64,000 nt of DNA from assembly GCA_051252375.1 (NCBI GenBank), contig JBPOFY010000002.1, positions 288,001 through 352,000 of the forward strand. Reading direction: 5' to 3'. The stretch is from Opitutaceae bacterium (GTDB lineage: Bacteria; Verrucomicrobiota; Verrucomicrobiia; Opitutales; Coraliomargaritaceae). A program made the position numbers and the translations under genes. The notes below the pieces were generated by a model. It was not told where the DNA came from and ran no database searches. It was given only the letters and a program-made list of their open reading frames with translations. Positions 9,633 through 20,131 of the stretch are shown piece after piece; position 1 is the stretch's first letter; each line of letters opens with the position of its first letter.

Positions 9633-11546
9633 CTAATACGCCCGACCGTCTTTATTCTCGTAGTAATTGATGAAGGCTCGGTTCAGCGTGGAAAAACCAC
9701 CTGGTGTCGGGTAATTACCCGTGAAATACCAATCCCCATTATGAAACGGGATGGCTGCCCTCATCTTTTCGACTGGGAGGAAAATGATATCGAGGTCGCC
9801 TTTCCAAGCAACGCCCTTCGGATACACAAGCTCTGCGATTTTACAGCTAATCTGCTCATCGGTGTAACGATCATAGATACGCTTCACGTGATTGACCATT
9901 TCGTTGGCGGGCAATTTTGCCTGAGCGAGACAGTCTTGATAAACCTCCTGCAAGATATCCGAGCTGCCATCGTCTTTAACCAAGGCAATCGCAGCCTTGA
10001 ACGCGATGAATTTACCCAGCTCCGACATATCGATGCCGTAGCAATCCGGATAGCGAATCTGTGGTGCGGTCGACGCCACCACGATCTTACGTGGCTTCGT
10101 GCGACTTAGAATTTTAAGAATCGACTCTTTAAGCGTAGTGCCACGAACAATCGAATCGTCGATACAGACAAGGCAATCCCCCTCCTTCACGATACCATAT
10201 GTAATATCGTAAACGTGAGAAACGAGCTTCGCACGCCCCTCTTCTTGCGAGATAAAGGTGCGCATCTTGATGTCCTTGTGAGCAATCTTTTCGCCCCGAG
10301 GCCAGTTGCCCATGATCAATTCATCCAGCATCGCATCGTCCAAACTGCCATCAGCCTGCGCCTTTAAGATCGCAGCCTTCACTTCAATACGACGGTGTGA
10401 ACGCACCGCATCGAGCAGGCCATAATACGCCACTTCAGCGGTATTCGGCACGAAACTGAATACGCTATCGGCAAAGTTGTTATCAATCGCTTTGACGACC
10501 TGCTCTAGGAGCGCACCGCCAAGTGCTTTTCGTTCGGCATAAATATCGGGATCGTTACCGCGTGAGAAATAAATGCGCTCGAAAGAACATGGCGTGACCG
10601 GACGCTTCTCGGTGTAGCGCTCGCAGTAGATCGAACCATCGCTCTTGATCACAGTCGCGGTGCCGGGCTCCAGCTCGCAGACATTCTCAATCGGCTGATC
10701 AAAAATCGTCATCAATGCCACACGCTCGGAAGCAAACGCAATGACTTCATCGTTCTGGAAATAAAAGCAGGGGCGAATCCCTTGCGCATCACGCATCACG
10801 AAGGAGTCACCATTACCAATCAGACCAGCAATCGCAAATCCCCCATCCCAGCCTTTAGTCGCGCTGCGAAGGATACGAATCGGATCGAGCTCTTTGCTGA
10901 TAATCCCAGGGATACGGCGACCATCGATGTTCTGATCACGCATTTTGTGATAAATCGCATCGTGCGCTTCATCGAGGTGAAAGCCGATCTCTTCAAGCAC
11001 GGCTTGAGTGTCGGTGCCGAAAATCGGATGCTGCCCGCGATCGATCAAATCGTTGTTCAGGTCTTTCTCGTTGGTAATCGTGAAATTACCCGCAAGCATG
11101 AGATTCTTAGTCGGCCAGTTGGACTGACGCACAAAGGGGTGGCAGTTATTGGACGAATACACACCGGAGGTGCCATAACGCAGGTGCCCCATGAGAATCT
11201 CGCCGCCAAACTCGAAATTATCCTTCACGGTGTCTGGAAATTCTGGATGGATCACACCCTTATCCACCATCTTCTGGTATGCTTTCAACTGCCCCCTGAA
11301 AATACGAGCCAGCGGATTGGTCTTAATCGTGCGATCACGCGCCATATAAGGCTGACCGGGAGCGACATCCAACTTTACGCAACCGATACCGGCACCGTCC
11401 TGCCCACGATTGTGCTGCTTCTCCATCAGCAAAAACAGCTGATTAAAGCCATACAAGGGCGTGCCATATTTCTCCTGATAGTAAGAAAGTGGCTTGAGTA
11501 GTCGGATCATTGCGATCCCGCATTCGTGCTTCAAAAAGTCGCTCAT
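9633..11546 (-). CDS. purF: Amidophosphoribosyltransferase
   Basis: HECGIA N-terminal nucleophile Cys, QHNRGQDGAG, GHLRYGT, CSFERIYFSRG, IDDSIVRGTT, YGIDM. Confidence 0.96.
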   Translation of the reverse strand: MSDFLKHECGIAMIRLLKPLSYYQEKYGTPLYGFNQLFLLMEKQHNRGQDGAGIGCVKLDVAPGQPYMARDRTIKTNPLARIFRGQLKAYQKMVDKGVIHPEFPDTVKDNFEFGGEILMGHLRYGTSGVYSSNNCHPFVRQSNWPTKNLMLAGNFTITNEKDLNNDLIDRGQHPIFGTDTQAVLEEIGFHLDEAHDAIYHKMRDQNIDGRRIPGIISKELDPIRILRSATKGWDGGFAIAGLIGNGDSFVMRDAQGIRPCFYFQNDEVIAFASERVALMTIFDQPIENVCELEPGTATVIKSDGSIYCERYTEKRPVTPCSFERIYFSRGNDPDIYAERKALGGALLEQVVKAIDNNFADSVFSFVPNTAEVAYYGLLDAVRSHRRIEVKAAILKAQADGSLDDAMLDELIMGNWPRGEKIAHKDIKMRTFISQEEGRAKLVSHVYDITYGIVKEGDCLVCIDDSIVRGTTLKESILKILSRTKPRKIVVASTAPQIRYPDCYGIDMSELGKFIAFKAAIALVKDDGSSDILQEVYQDCLAQAKLPANEMVNHVKRIYDRYTDEQISCKIAELVYPKGVAWKGDLDIIFLPVEKMRAAIPFHNGDWYFTGNYPTPGGFSTLNRAFINYYENKDGRAY

Positions 11547-11659
11547 AGGTAAAAGACGGTGGCAGGCTAAAAGGCTTTTTTAGGTCATGGCGATGCAAAG
11601 TTGCATTTTTGTTAAACTTCTCACCAAACACCCCCTATTTACGCAGAGTGTAACCATAT

Positions 11660-12586
11660 CTAAGTATCGAGCGTGTCCTCCAGATCTGAAATGCCTCGTT
11701 CTATAATGTGCTCTTTATTCGCGGGTTCCACATGCACGAGAACCTTCGAGACCTCTGGGTGCATTTCACGCAGGCGCATTTTGACCTCTTTCGCAATTTC
11801 ATGCCCCGCATCGACCGTCAAATCAGGATCGACCTGCAAATGTAGGTCCACTTCAAAAACATCCCCCACCCGACGCACGCGGAAATCATGGTAAGCCAGA
11901 GCGCCGGGGGTCGGCAAAATGTGCTCACGAAAGTCTTCTACGATCTCTCGCTCTGGCGCTGCATCCAATAAATCCGAACATGCCCGCAGGAAAATCTTTC
12001 CCGCCTCAAAGACGAGGTAGCAACCGAAGACCAAAGTCACTGCACCATCCAAAAAGGCCCAAGTGTCGCCTCCCAGCCAAACCGCGACCAGCGCCACTGC
12101 GACGCCCAAGGATGAAATACTATCTGTGCGATGATGCCAGGCGTTCGCCATCAGCAAATCGGATTTAAGAGTGCGAGCCACATCACGCGTCCACCAAAAC
12201 AAAGCTTCTTTCACCACCAATGAAAAGACCGCCACCACCGCCGCGATACCAGCACGTGGCGCATCCACCCCAGAGTGAAAACCCAACAACGCCGAGATAA
12301 CCAAGGCCCCGGCAAACAAGAGCAAGAGCCCGCCCACAAAGAACTTCGCCAAGCTAGCGAACTTATGGTGCCCGAAGTGATGATTTTCATCCTCCGGCAG
12401 CCGAGCCATCGACAATCCAATCAAAACCGCGATGTCCGTCAGTAGATCCAACAGACTGTGCATCCCATCCGCAATCAAGGCCTTCGACCCGAGCCACCAG
12501 CCTGCGCAGGTTTTCACCACTCCCAAGAGTAGATTGATCAAGAGCCCGATCCAAGTGATCCGAGCACCATCTGTGTGAAAAGCCAT
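11660..12586 (-). CDS. Cation diffusion facilitator family transporter
   Basis: ALIADGMHSLLD, HHFGH, ANAWHHRTD, VHVEP; multiple TM helices. Confidence 0.92.
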   Translation of the reverse strand: MAFHTDGARITWIGLLINLLLGVVKTCAGWWLGSKALIADGMHSLLDLLTDIAVLIGLSMARLPEDENHHFGHHKFASLAKFFVGGLLLLFAGALVISALLGFHSGVDAPRAGIAAVVAVFSLVVKEALFWWTRDVARTLKSDLLMANAWHHRTDSISSLGVAVALVAVWLGGDTWAFLDGAVTLVFGCYLVFEAGKIFLRACSDLLDAAPEREIVEDFREHILPTPGALAYHDFRVRRVGDVFEVDLHLQVDPDLTVDAGHEIAKEVKMRLREMHPEVSKVLVHVEPANKEHIIERGISDLEDTLDT

Positions 12587-12614
12587 AAAGTGGACCGTGA
12601 GAGATCAACCAAAC

Positions 12615-13124
12615 CTAATCGTGCACGCGGATATCGACCATAATATCTTGGGCAATTTTCTCGAGCTGATTTCGAATCTCATCACGCGAAACATCGGGGC
12701 TACAACCAAGTCTGGCTTTGGCTTCGAACAACATCACACCGGAATCCGGCGCGCTGACGGTTGAGGTGCTGAGCTCCTCGACATTCACATTGGCTGCGGC
12801 CAGCGCATGGAAGACGTCGCGCACAATGCCCGGATGGTCTGTGCCCACGACTTCTAAATCAAATTGCCGTAGCGGATCTGGGGCGCTAACCTCGCCGACT
12901 GCAATCAAGACGTCCAAATCTGTAATCGAGCGTAAGGCAACCTCCAGTTCTTGCTGCTTGTCTCCCGGCACACTCACTTGAAGGAGACCGACAAAGCGAC
13001 CCGCCAAGTGCGCCATCCGGCATTGCTCCCAATTACCATGATACTTGGCAATCACGCCTGCCAAAGTTTCGACCAAGCCTGAACGGTCGGCCCCGCTAAT
13101 CGTTAAAACCAATACAGATTCCAT
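12615..13124 (-). CDS. Tandem ACT-domain protein (glycine cleavage system repressor GcvR-like)
   Basis: Two ACT domains: GADRSGLV...GNW and VGTDHPGIV...NVEEL. Confidence 0.8.
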   Translation of the reverse strand: MESVLVLTISGADRSGLVETLAGVIAKYHGNWEQCRMAHLAGRFVGLLQVSVPGDKQQELEVALRSITDLDVLIAVGEVSAPDPLRQFDLEVVGTDHPGIVRDVFHALAAANVNVEELSTSTVSAPDSGVMLFEAKARLGCSPDVSRDEIRNQLEKIAQDIMVDIRVHD

Positions 13125-13208
13125 CAAACAGTTCTAGCAACTCAGCCATAGATCGCAAGCGTGATTCCCTGTTGAACTTCTACAAGATATGTTCACAAAA
13201 TGTAATTC

Positions 13209-14048
13209 ATGATTCATATTCCACATCTGAGTGACGCACTCAACCAGATCATCGTCACGGCGATTCTAATCTGCCTGATTTTACTATTTCAGTTGGTTAG
13301 CAATCGTTGGATCAATAGCCGTCATTTTCATAGCATCAGCTATCGGCGCCGCTGGACGGTGGGTCTACGAAACCTAAGATTCCTTTTACTCGTGATAGGC
13401 TTAGTCCTAATCTGGGCCACCGAACTACGCACCGCAGCGATCTCGGCGGTGGCCATCATGGCGGCGCTCGTCATCGGCACCAAAGAGCTCATTATGTGCC
13501 TACTGGGAAGTGTCGTCAAAACCGGCAGCAATGCATTTGCCCTCGGTGACCGCATTCAAATCAACGATATCGAAGGCGACGTCATTGATCAGAATTTACT
13601 GTCGACTCAGCTGCAGGAAGTCACGGATGGGCAATACACCGGCCGTTTCATCACACTGCCTAATTCCCTCTTTCTCAATCAAGCCATACGCAATAGCACC
13701 GTCGAAGGCGGTGGTGCCGTTTTTGGTGTTCTCAAGATCAAGCTGTTCAACACAGAAGATTGGGACCTGCACGAACATGCGCTCCTTCGTGCAGCCGAAG
13801 AATGCTGCGCCGAAAATATGGAAGCCATTGAACGCGTGGTCATACACTTAAAGAAAGGAGGTTTTGACCTCCCCAGCACCCAACCGCGCACCTTATTGAG
13901 AATCGAAGACAAAGATACGACCTCGATCACACTACGCTATCCAGCCAGCGCCGAGTCGAAGTTACGCACAGAACAATCGATTCTTCGCCGTTACTTGCAA
14001 TTGATGAAAGAGAACGGCTCACAAGCAGAGAAGAAGACGGAAGCGTAA
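13209..14048 (+). CDS. Small-conductance mechanosensitive channel (MscS family)
   Basis: N-terminal TM helices, FALGDRIQI...GDVID, ITLPNSLFL. Confidence 0.88.
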   Translation: MIHIPHLSDALNQIIVTAILICLILLFQLVSNRWINSRHFHSISYRRRWTVGLRNLRFLLLVIGLVLIWATELRTAAISAVAIMAALVIGTKELIMCLLGSVVKTGSNAFALGDRIQINDIEGDVIDQNLLSTQLQEVTDGQYTGRFITLPNSLFLNQAIRNSTVEGGGAVFGVLKIKLFNTEDWDLHEHALLRAAEECCAENMEAIERVVIHLKKGGFDLPSTQPRTLLRIEDKDTTSITLRYPASAESKLRTEQSILRRYLQLMKENGSQAEKKTEA

Positions 14049-14157
14049 GATAAAAGCGTCCCATCGCCCCCTTCAACCCTGTCTCCGAAATTCTGCCCAT
14101 TGATCCAAAACTAGTGCTTGCATCGAAGAAAAACAGAGGCATAACACCAGCCCATAC

Positions 14158-14239
<82 letters not shown>

Positions 14240-14245
14240 TTTCTT

Positions 14246-14275
14246 AAAAGCCTCGTTGAAAGACGGGGCTTTTTT
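14246..14275 (+). terminator. Intrinsic terminator after tRNA-Leu
   Basis: AAAAGCCTCGTT-gaaa-GACGGGGCTTTTTT hairpin with a T tract. Confidence 0.85.
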
Positions 14276-14370
14276 GATGTCTGCACAAGTGGACGGATTG
14301 CTCCAGTGGGCACACAACAAGCTGAATGTTCGATATAATTCTATCCTGTGTATTAAAGAGATGTATCCAG

Positions 14371-14541
14371 CTCTCCTCCTTGGTTAAGGAGGAGTCTCGG
14401 CAGCAAGCCGAGGAGGTGGTTTGTCACGCTTTGGCAGGGTTGTGACGCACACAAAATCACCCCTCCGTCTGCGACAATCGTCTTCGCTCTGCGAGCTACG
14501 CCGTTCAAGAGCGCAGACACCTCCCCTTCGCAGGGGAGGTG
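14371..14541. repeat. Composite palindromic (REP/MITE-like) element
   Basis: Hairpins CTCCTCCTT..AAGGAGGAG and CACCTCCCCT..AGGGGAGGTG. A nested TCTTCGCTCTGCGAGCTACGCCG unit also occurs, inverted, in the 38-44 kb repeats. Confidence 0.65.
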
Positions 14542-14633
14542 CTTATTGAGCGACTAACACTCAAAAGATCTCTTAACGCGAAACAACGATAACGCTCCAG
14601 TCAGCTCAAATCAGCACATCGCCTTCAGTTAGC

Positions 14634-16148
14634 CTACTCAAACGAAAGCACGACCTGATCTAGGATCGGCTTGGAAGCATTCTCAGTGGTATCGGTCAGC
14701 CTAAGCTCGAATTGGAAGCCATAGCCTTCGGGTAAATCGGAGAGATCGAGTTGTGCTGGAGCCCTAGCGATCTGCTTTGCGAAGCCAGGAATGTAATCGT
14801 AGCTCTCTTTGACTGCCTGCCAGTCCGTCCATTGATCGATGGCACCGTCTTTGTTGCTGTCGACTCCGACGCGCACTTCAACCGACTCGACCCAAGGACC
14901 GGGGCTGACGAAGTCTGAGCTCTGCTGCGTCGCCAAATAAAACTGACCTTCCGCAAACATAATATCTGGATCCGGGTGCCCCTTCCCGACATTACCGAAA
15001 AATTTAAATGGCTCATTGATGTTGGCTGCAGTGAACATCGCGACGCTCATGTTCTTACTTCCATGCGCACCTGCAGGATCATAGTCGCCAAAGAGGTAAT
15101 ACTGTCCGCCAATCGAGATGGCTGCCCAGTCGCCATAGGCGTGCTGCTCCGGCTCGTGGATTTCATATCTACCTACTTTTGTTGGATAGTTTTCAGGGTC
15201 CTCACTGTGCCAATGCGGATGGTTATAGGTCGCAAATTTTCCGGTAGGATTGGTTCGATAATCAACGGCTGGATCTAGAAGTTTGAATTCATTAATACCA
15301 TTGTCGCTCACCGCATGGCTAGCCAAGGGAGAGTCCCAAGATCTAGCGCTGGCCTTAATCGGATCCCAGTTCTCGAGAATAAGGTGAAATTTACCATCTA
15401 GGTCTCGGATGATTGCACAGTCCGAGCCATGGGAAGGATCCTTAAAAGCCATGCCCATTTTTTTGCCAATTTTACCATCTGTCAGATTCTCATCGATGAT
15501 CAGGTGTGGGTCCTGATCATTTGGAAAGTCGTAATAGAAATAGGCTTTTCCATCGACGTATTCCGCAGTCGTCATCCATTTAGCCTGCTTATCTGAGATA
15601 GCCCCGTGGTGCACCCAATTCACCATATCGTGGCTCTGCCAAGCATGGTAACCACCTTGTGGTTGTTCTAGGCCTCCTGGTGCGTTAAACTGTTTCGGAT
15701 CCGCAGTCGTGAGTAGTGGAACGTCGAAGCCTGCAAGCGTAGCCGACTCGGCCACGAACGGTTGTCTCGAGCCGTCCTTAGTCTTTTTTCCTTTAGGTTG
15801 AGAATATCTACCGAACATCCAGTAATTTCCGGGACCGAGGCTCAAAAATACGGGCGCATCGCCTAAGTTCGGGGGACCAATGTTTTCAATAGGATTCCAA
15901 TTCTCCCAATTAGTCGACTGCGAGAGCGTGATCGAAGCGGCCGACTTCTTCTTTTTGTAAGTCATGAGCTTGCTCTGGAAGCTCGCTTTTTCAGCGGTCG
16001 GCTCTACCAGACCATCTTTGAACTTCAAATTCGAAAGCGTCTCGGTGTTGGCTTGCCAGTCAGCTTGGCTATCGATCGTCCACTGCTCGGCATTTGCAAA
16101 TGCGAGAAGCGAGGTGAAACAAAGAGGTAGAATAAGTGAGGTTTTCAT
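14634..16148 (-). CDS. Secreted putative beta-propeller glycoside hydrolase (GH43/clan F-J-like, family unassigned)
   Basis: Signal peptide from MKTSL (ATG 16148). Propeller-type motifs LGDAPVF, SHDMVNWVHHG, SDCAIIRDLDGKFHL, HPDPDIMFAEGQFYL. Confidence 0.55.
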   Translation of the reverse strand: MKTSLILPLCFTSLLAFANAEQWTIDSQADWQANTETLSNLKFKDGLVEPTAEKASFQSKLMTYKKKKSAASITLSQSTNWENWNPIENIGPPNLGDAPVFLSLGPGNYWMFGRYSQPKGKKTKDGSRQPFVAESATLAGFDVPLLTTADPKQFNAPGGLEQPQGGYHAWQSHDMVNWVHHGAISDKQAKWMTTAEYVDGKAYFYYDFPNDQDPHLIIDENLTDGKIGKKMGMAFKDPSHGSDCAIIRDLDGKFHLILENWDPIKASARSWDSPLASHAVSDNGINEFKLLDPAVDYRTNPTGKFATYNHPHWHSEDPENYPTKVGRYEIHEPEQHAYGDWAAISIGGQYYLFGDYDPAGAHGSKNMSVAMFTAANINEPFKFFGNVGKGHPDPDIMFAEGQFYLATQQSSDFVSPGPWVESVEVRVGVDSNKDGAIDQWTDWQAVKESYDYIPGFAKQIARAPAQLDLSDLPEGYGFQFELRLTDTTENASKPILDQVVLSFE

Positions 16149-16206
16149 ATTAAAAAATGTGAGGTTAAAACAGCGATAACGATGGTGAATCATACACTCT
16201 GTAAAC

Positions 16207-17079
16207 TCATTCAGGCACCACGTCTTTACACGACGTCTCGATATAGCCTAGAGAACGCAGAAAAGTGACCGTATCATTGATGATTTGATCGTAGATTTTC
16301 GCATCGTTCTTTTTCCTGAAAAAGGTGCTATTAAAGAAGCCGTGCCCCTGCCCTTCGAAGGCTTTCAATTCGCAACGATTACCAGCTTTTGTCATCAAGC
16401 GCGTGAAGCGCTCGGCGTTTTCAAACGGCACGGTGGTATCGCCGGTGCCGTGAAAAACAATCGTTGGCACGATGCCTGGTCGAACGTGATGCGTTAAAGA
16501 GACTTCAGTTTTACGCGCTTCAGTCACCTGTTTAAGACCATAGCCCTTCTTGGTGGTGTCCAAAACAGGATTATAAAGCATCATCGCATTTGGCACTGAG
16601 CTGACCGACAGATCTTCGCCCTTTGCCTCTAAGCCGACGATCACGCCTGTGCAGCCAGCAATGTGACCACCTGCGGAACCACCCGAAGCAACGATACGGT
16701 CTGGATCAATGCCGAACTCTGCCGCGTGGGCACGCACCCAACGGATCGCAGACTTAGCATCTTCAACCGCGTCAAAAGGGGTCGTCTTGTTGCGACTTTT
16801 CACTCGATACTCTGCCGAGAATGTAACCAAACCGAGCTGTGACAACTCTTCTGCCTGTTGATAAAACTGATTCGGATTCCCTCCCACCCAGCCGCCACCA
16901 AAGAAGAAGACAATCGCCGGACGTGAGTCGCTAGCTTTCAAACCCTCGGGCTTAAAAAGATGTAACTTTAGTTCAGTCTCACCGACGGTTTTATAAACGA
17001 TTTTTTCGTCTGGAGTATAATCCGCTGCAGAAAGCAGCAGAGGGATCGCAGCAAAAAAGAATAGAATGGTGTTTTTCAT
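16207..17079 (-). CDS. Secreted alpha/beta hydrolase (HSL/carbohydrate-esterase-like)
   Basis: FFGGGW oxyanion loop, GGSAGG nucleophile, HGTGDTTVP Asp, GHGFFN His. Confidence 0.88.
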   Translation of the reverse strand: MKNTILFFFAAIPLLLSAADYTPDEKIVYKTVGETELKLHLFKPEGLKASDSRPAIVFFFGGGWVGGNPNQFYQQAEELSQLGLVTFSAEYRVKSRNKTTPFDAVEDAKSAIRWVRAHAAEFGIDPDRIVASGGSAGGHIAGCTGVIVGLEAKGEDLSVSSVPNAMMLYNPVLDTTKKGYGLKQVTEARKTEVSLTHHVRPGIVPTIVFHGTGDTTVPFENAERFTRLMTKAGNRCELKAFEGQGHGFFNSTFFRKKNDAKIYDQIINDTVTFLRSLGYIETSCKDVVPE

Positions 17080-17100
17080 AATGTGGTGACGGGAACGTGG

Positions 17101-18087
17101 CTACTTGTGTTCGAGAAAAAACTTAACAGTGCTCGCGACGATTTCATCGCGTGTGGGATCAATCTCGGTCTTGCCGTCTGCCTTGCGCCAATTGTGACCG
17201 GCGTGCTTGACGATAATGAATTCGACTGGCGCGGGGACAGTCTTGACAGCCTCCTGCATACGATAGGCCTGCTTCACGGGAATAGTGGTATCGCCATCGC
17301 CTTGGATCATGAGCAAAGGCGGGCTGTCTTTGGTAATGTAAGTGACTGGGCTCATTTCTGCGTAGCGTGCTTCCTTCGTCTGCGGGCCAGTTTCAGAACC
17401 CATAATGCGTGGACCGAAGCGATCTTTGAATTTTTCACGATCGTCGTGATTGAAGAGTTGTTCATCTTGAAAATCACAAGGGCCATACCAAGAAACACCA
17501 GCGACGGTTTTGTAAGTATACTTTGCGAGTTCTGGATCACCGGTCAGACTGTCAGGCGAAGACAGCAGTAGCATCTGTGCAATTTGCCCACCTGCAGAGT
17601 CGCCGAAGGTGTAGATACGATTCGGGTCGATGCCGAGCTCCTTGCTATGCGCAGAAACAAAGCGGATGGCGTCTTTGCAATCAATCACACAATCGCGCAT
17701 CGCGACACCATTACGTGCGAGGCGATATTGCACCGAAACCACGCAAAAGCCCTGCTCGAGTAGCTCCTTGTGCACGACATTGAAGGAAGCGTTGCCAGCG
17801 CCATACTTACTACCGGCTGCCCAGCCACCACCATGTGTGTAGATGACCACTGGCTTATTTCTACTGGTATCTTCATCCGGAAAATAGAAATCAAGGTAGA
17901 GCGCTCGCCCCCCTACTTGCTTATAGACCACTTCACGCAGCTGCTTACCGGGGCTGGAAACATACTTAGCCGGCTTATTGCTTTTGGAATTGGTATAGCC
18001 CGATTCTTTAAGGGGCTCCAAAGCTTGAGCACTGATTAAAAAGGAAAGGCTGGCTAGAGCCAGTAAAGCAATTCGGGATATTTTCAT
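17101..18087 (-). CDS. Secreted alpha/beta hydrolase (HSL/carbohydrate-esterase-like)
   Basis: HGGGW, GDSAGG, QGDGDTTIP and AGHNW motifs. Confidence 0.88.
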   Translation of the reverse strand: MKISRIALLALASLSFLISAQALEPLKESGYTNSKSNKPAKYVSSPGKQLREVVYKQVGGRALYLDFYFPDEDTSRNKPVVIYTHGGGWAAGSKYGAGNASFNVVHKELLEQGFCVVSVQYRLARNGVAMRDCVIDCKDAIRFVSAHSKELGIDPNRIYTFGDSAGGQIAQMLLLSSPDSLTGDPELAKYTYKTVAGVSWYGPCDFQDEQLFNHDDREKFKDRFGPRIMGSETGPQTKEARYAEMSPVTYITKDSPPLLMIQGDGDTTIPVKQAYRMQEAVKTVPAPVEFIIVKHAGHNWRKADGKTEIDPTRDEIVASTVKFFLEHK

Positions 18088-18264
18088 GACAAGTGGGATA
18101 ATGGAAACTGTTACCTAGAGGAAGTTTAGCAGATGCTGCATATTGCAGTATCCCGTATTTAACAAAAAATGAATCACAATTACGAGGCTTAGCGAGATAT
18201 CCACCCGTTTTAGCATAAGCGCCATGACTCTTCAGGACGGTCACAGCGCCTCAAAGTGGAAGAT

Positions 18265-20115
18265 TTACAGTGACCAGCTTAGATTTTTAAACGCTGGGTT
18301 TGCGCCGTTCCAATTGGCTCCGATCGTGCGCCTAACATCTCCTGAGCCTTTCAATGACTCTTTGGGGCTCAATTCTAACTCCTTAATGCCTTCGAAACTC
18401 TCAAGCGGTTCGCCATTGCCATTGGTGAAATCTTTTGCCGTGAGTTCGATCGCTTCCAAATCAGATCCGCCTTCCAATATAACTTCAGCGGCATAATCAT
18501 CTAGGCGAATGACGAGCTTGTTCGCCTCAGCTGCAGATACTTGCAAGTTCAACTTCGCCCCTTCGGGTGCATTCCATCGACCATCATAGATTTTGTGCGT
18601 TGAGCGCGCCCACTCGTTTGGACGATAGCTGAACCATTCCTTCTCCCAGTCGTCCTCGAAATCTTCAATCATTAGCGAAGACTCCAGCGTAGATCGCACA
18701 CCCGCCGCCTTGAGTTCATCGGCGGTGGTCATGAACATCAGAGACGAAAGATTGAAGGACTCAGTGGTGCCGACCCCATAGTAATACCCCGCATAGCTCA
18801 CCGGTGCATCCAAGGCGTATCGAACATTCGCATACACCCAAAGCGGTTGATCCACTCCGAACAGAGGTAATTTGGCCAGCCAGTCCTCACCCTGCTGCTT
18901 CGCTTCGGCATGATGCCAGAAACGATTTTTGGTATTATTTGAATCATCCTTCAAGCCATCCACTTGACCCTGGCGTGTGTAATAAAAATCGACACTCAAA
19001 ATCGGTCTCGAGGCATCTACCTTCAAACTGGCTGTTGGCACACCGGATCTACTCTTCAAATTAACAAGGATCTCCGGTGTTTGCGGGAACTCAAAACTGC
19101 CCTTCAAGTGCTGGTCGAACCAGAGCTGACTCGCTACTTCGTAATCCGCAGTGTCTTGGTGGTTGTGATGCGGGGCACAGGTGACTCGCCAATCTTTCGA
19201 TCCGATTTCAGTAACCGCGGTTTGCAGGTCATTGATACGACCATGAAAGTCATTAGCCGGACTTTGAAAGAGGATCGGGCAATCGATCCGCTGCAAACTA
19301 ATGTTATCCGCGATGGTCACATCATAGAGCGCATTTCCAGTATCACGATTACTGACACCGCCACATGACGGCACTGAAGCACGAACTCGACTATCCGCAG
19401 CCGTGGTGGCGACTGTAAGTTTGCCGCCCATCGAGTGACCATAAACGCCCATACGAGAGCCATCGACTTCCGGTTGTTGCTCTAGAAAGGTCAACGCACG
19501 ACGCGCGCCCATTGTCACCAGGAACCAAGGGTTATTACGCGGAGAGTCGACCGCATCGAGTGTCCAATCGGCTGCCTTCGTATTGGCAAAATTGTTTTGG
19601 TCGTAGCGGCTCGGCGCATGATACGCATCCAGCGCGCCCCAATCTGTAGTCACTTTGTATTTGGGATTTTCAGTGTCATTTGCCCAGAAAATTTGCACCA
19701 CTTCTGAATTCACCGAGTAATTTGGCGCGGCGATTCGACCCGCCCATGCAATCGTAATCGAAGCGTAGCCGCGCTTGGCATTGTTCAACACCGAGCGATA
19801 GTCGGCAAATTGACCACCCCCATGAATATTAACCATGGCTGGGAGATCTTTGCCACCTTTTGGATAGGCATACACTCCAGCCATCATCGCTTTCTGCCCC
19901 TGGAAAACACCGACTCGATAACGCAGCACTTTGAGCACCACGCCGTCCTCCTCCCACTCATGCAGGACTTCGACATGCAATGGTTCTGCGCGGGGATCAA
20001 AATCTGCCCACAGCTCATCGTAAGTCTGAAGCGCCTGTCCATCGACAAGCGGCGGTAATGTTTCTGCAGAGCAAATAAGATGCACCATACAAAGAAGGAG
20101 TATTTTTTTGATCAC
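18265..20115 (-). CDS. Secreted serine hydrolase (dienelactone hydrolase/acetyl xylan esterase-like) with an extra C-terminal domain
   Basis: IHGGGQ, ARRALTFL...GVYGHSMGG nucleophile elbow, ANDFHG, PHHNH; GTG start. Confidence 0.75.
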   Translation of the reverse strand: MIKKILLLCMVHLICSAETLPPLVDGQALQTYDELWADFDPRAEPLHVEVLHEWEEDGVVLKVLRYRVGVFQGQKAMMAGVYAYPKGGKDLPAMVNIHGGGQFADYRSVLNNAKRGYASITIAWAGRIAAPNYSVNSEVVQIFWANDTENPKYKVTTDWGALDAYHAPSRYDQNNFANTKAADWTLDAVDSPRNNPWFLVTMGARRALTFLEQQPEVDGSRMGVYGHSMGGKLTVATTAADSRVRASVPSCGGVSNRDTGNALYDVTIADNISLQRIDCPILFQSPANDFHGRINDLQTAVTEIGSKDWRVTCAPHHNHQDTADYEVASQLWFDQHLKGSFEFPQTPEILVNLKSRSGVPTASLKVDASRPILSVDFYYTRQGQVDGLKDDSNNTKNRFWHHAEAKQQGEDWLAKLPLFGVDQPLWVYANVRYALDAPVSYAGYYYGVGTTESFNLSSLMFMTTADELKAAGVRSTLESSLMIEDFEDDWEKEWFSYRPNEWARSTHKIYDGRWNAPEGAKLNLQVSAAEANKLVIRLDDYAAEVILEGGSDLEAIELTAKDFTNGNGEPLESFEGIKELELSPKESLKGSGDVRRTIGANWNGANPAFKNLSWSL

Positions 20116-20131
20116 ATTGAGGTGTATGTTA

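Noticed and set aside
10782..11501. 239-aa plus-strand ORF
   Set aside because: Antisense shadow of purF.
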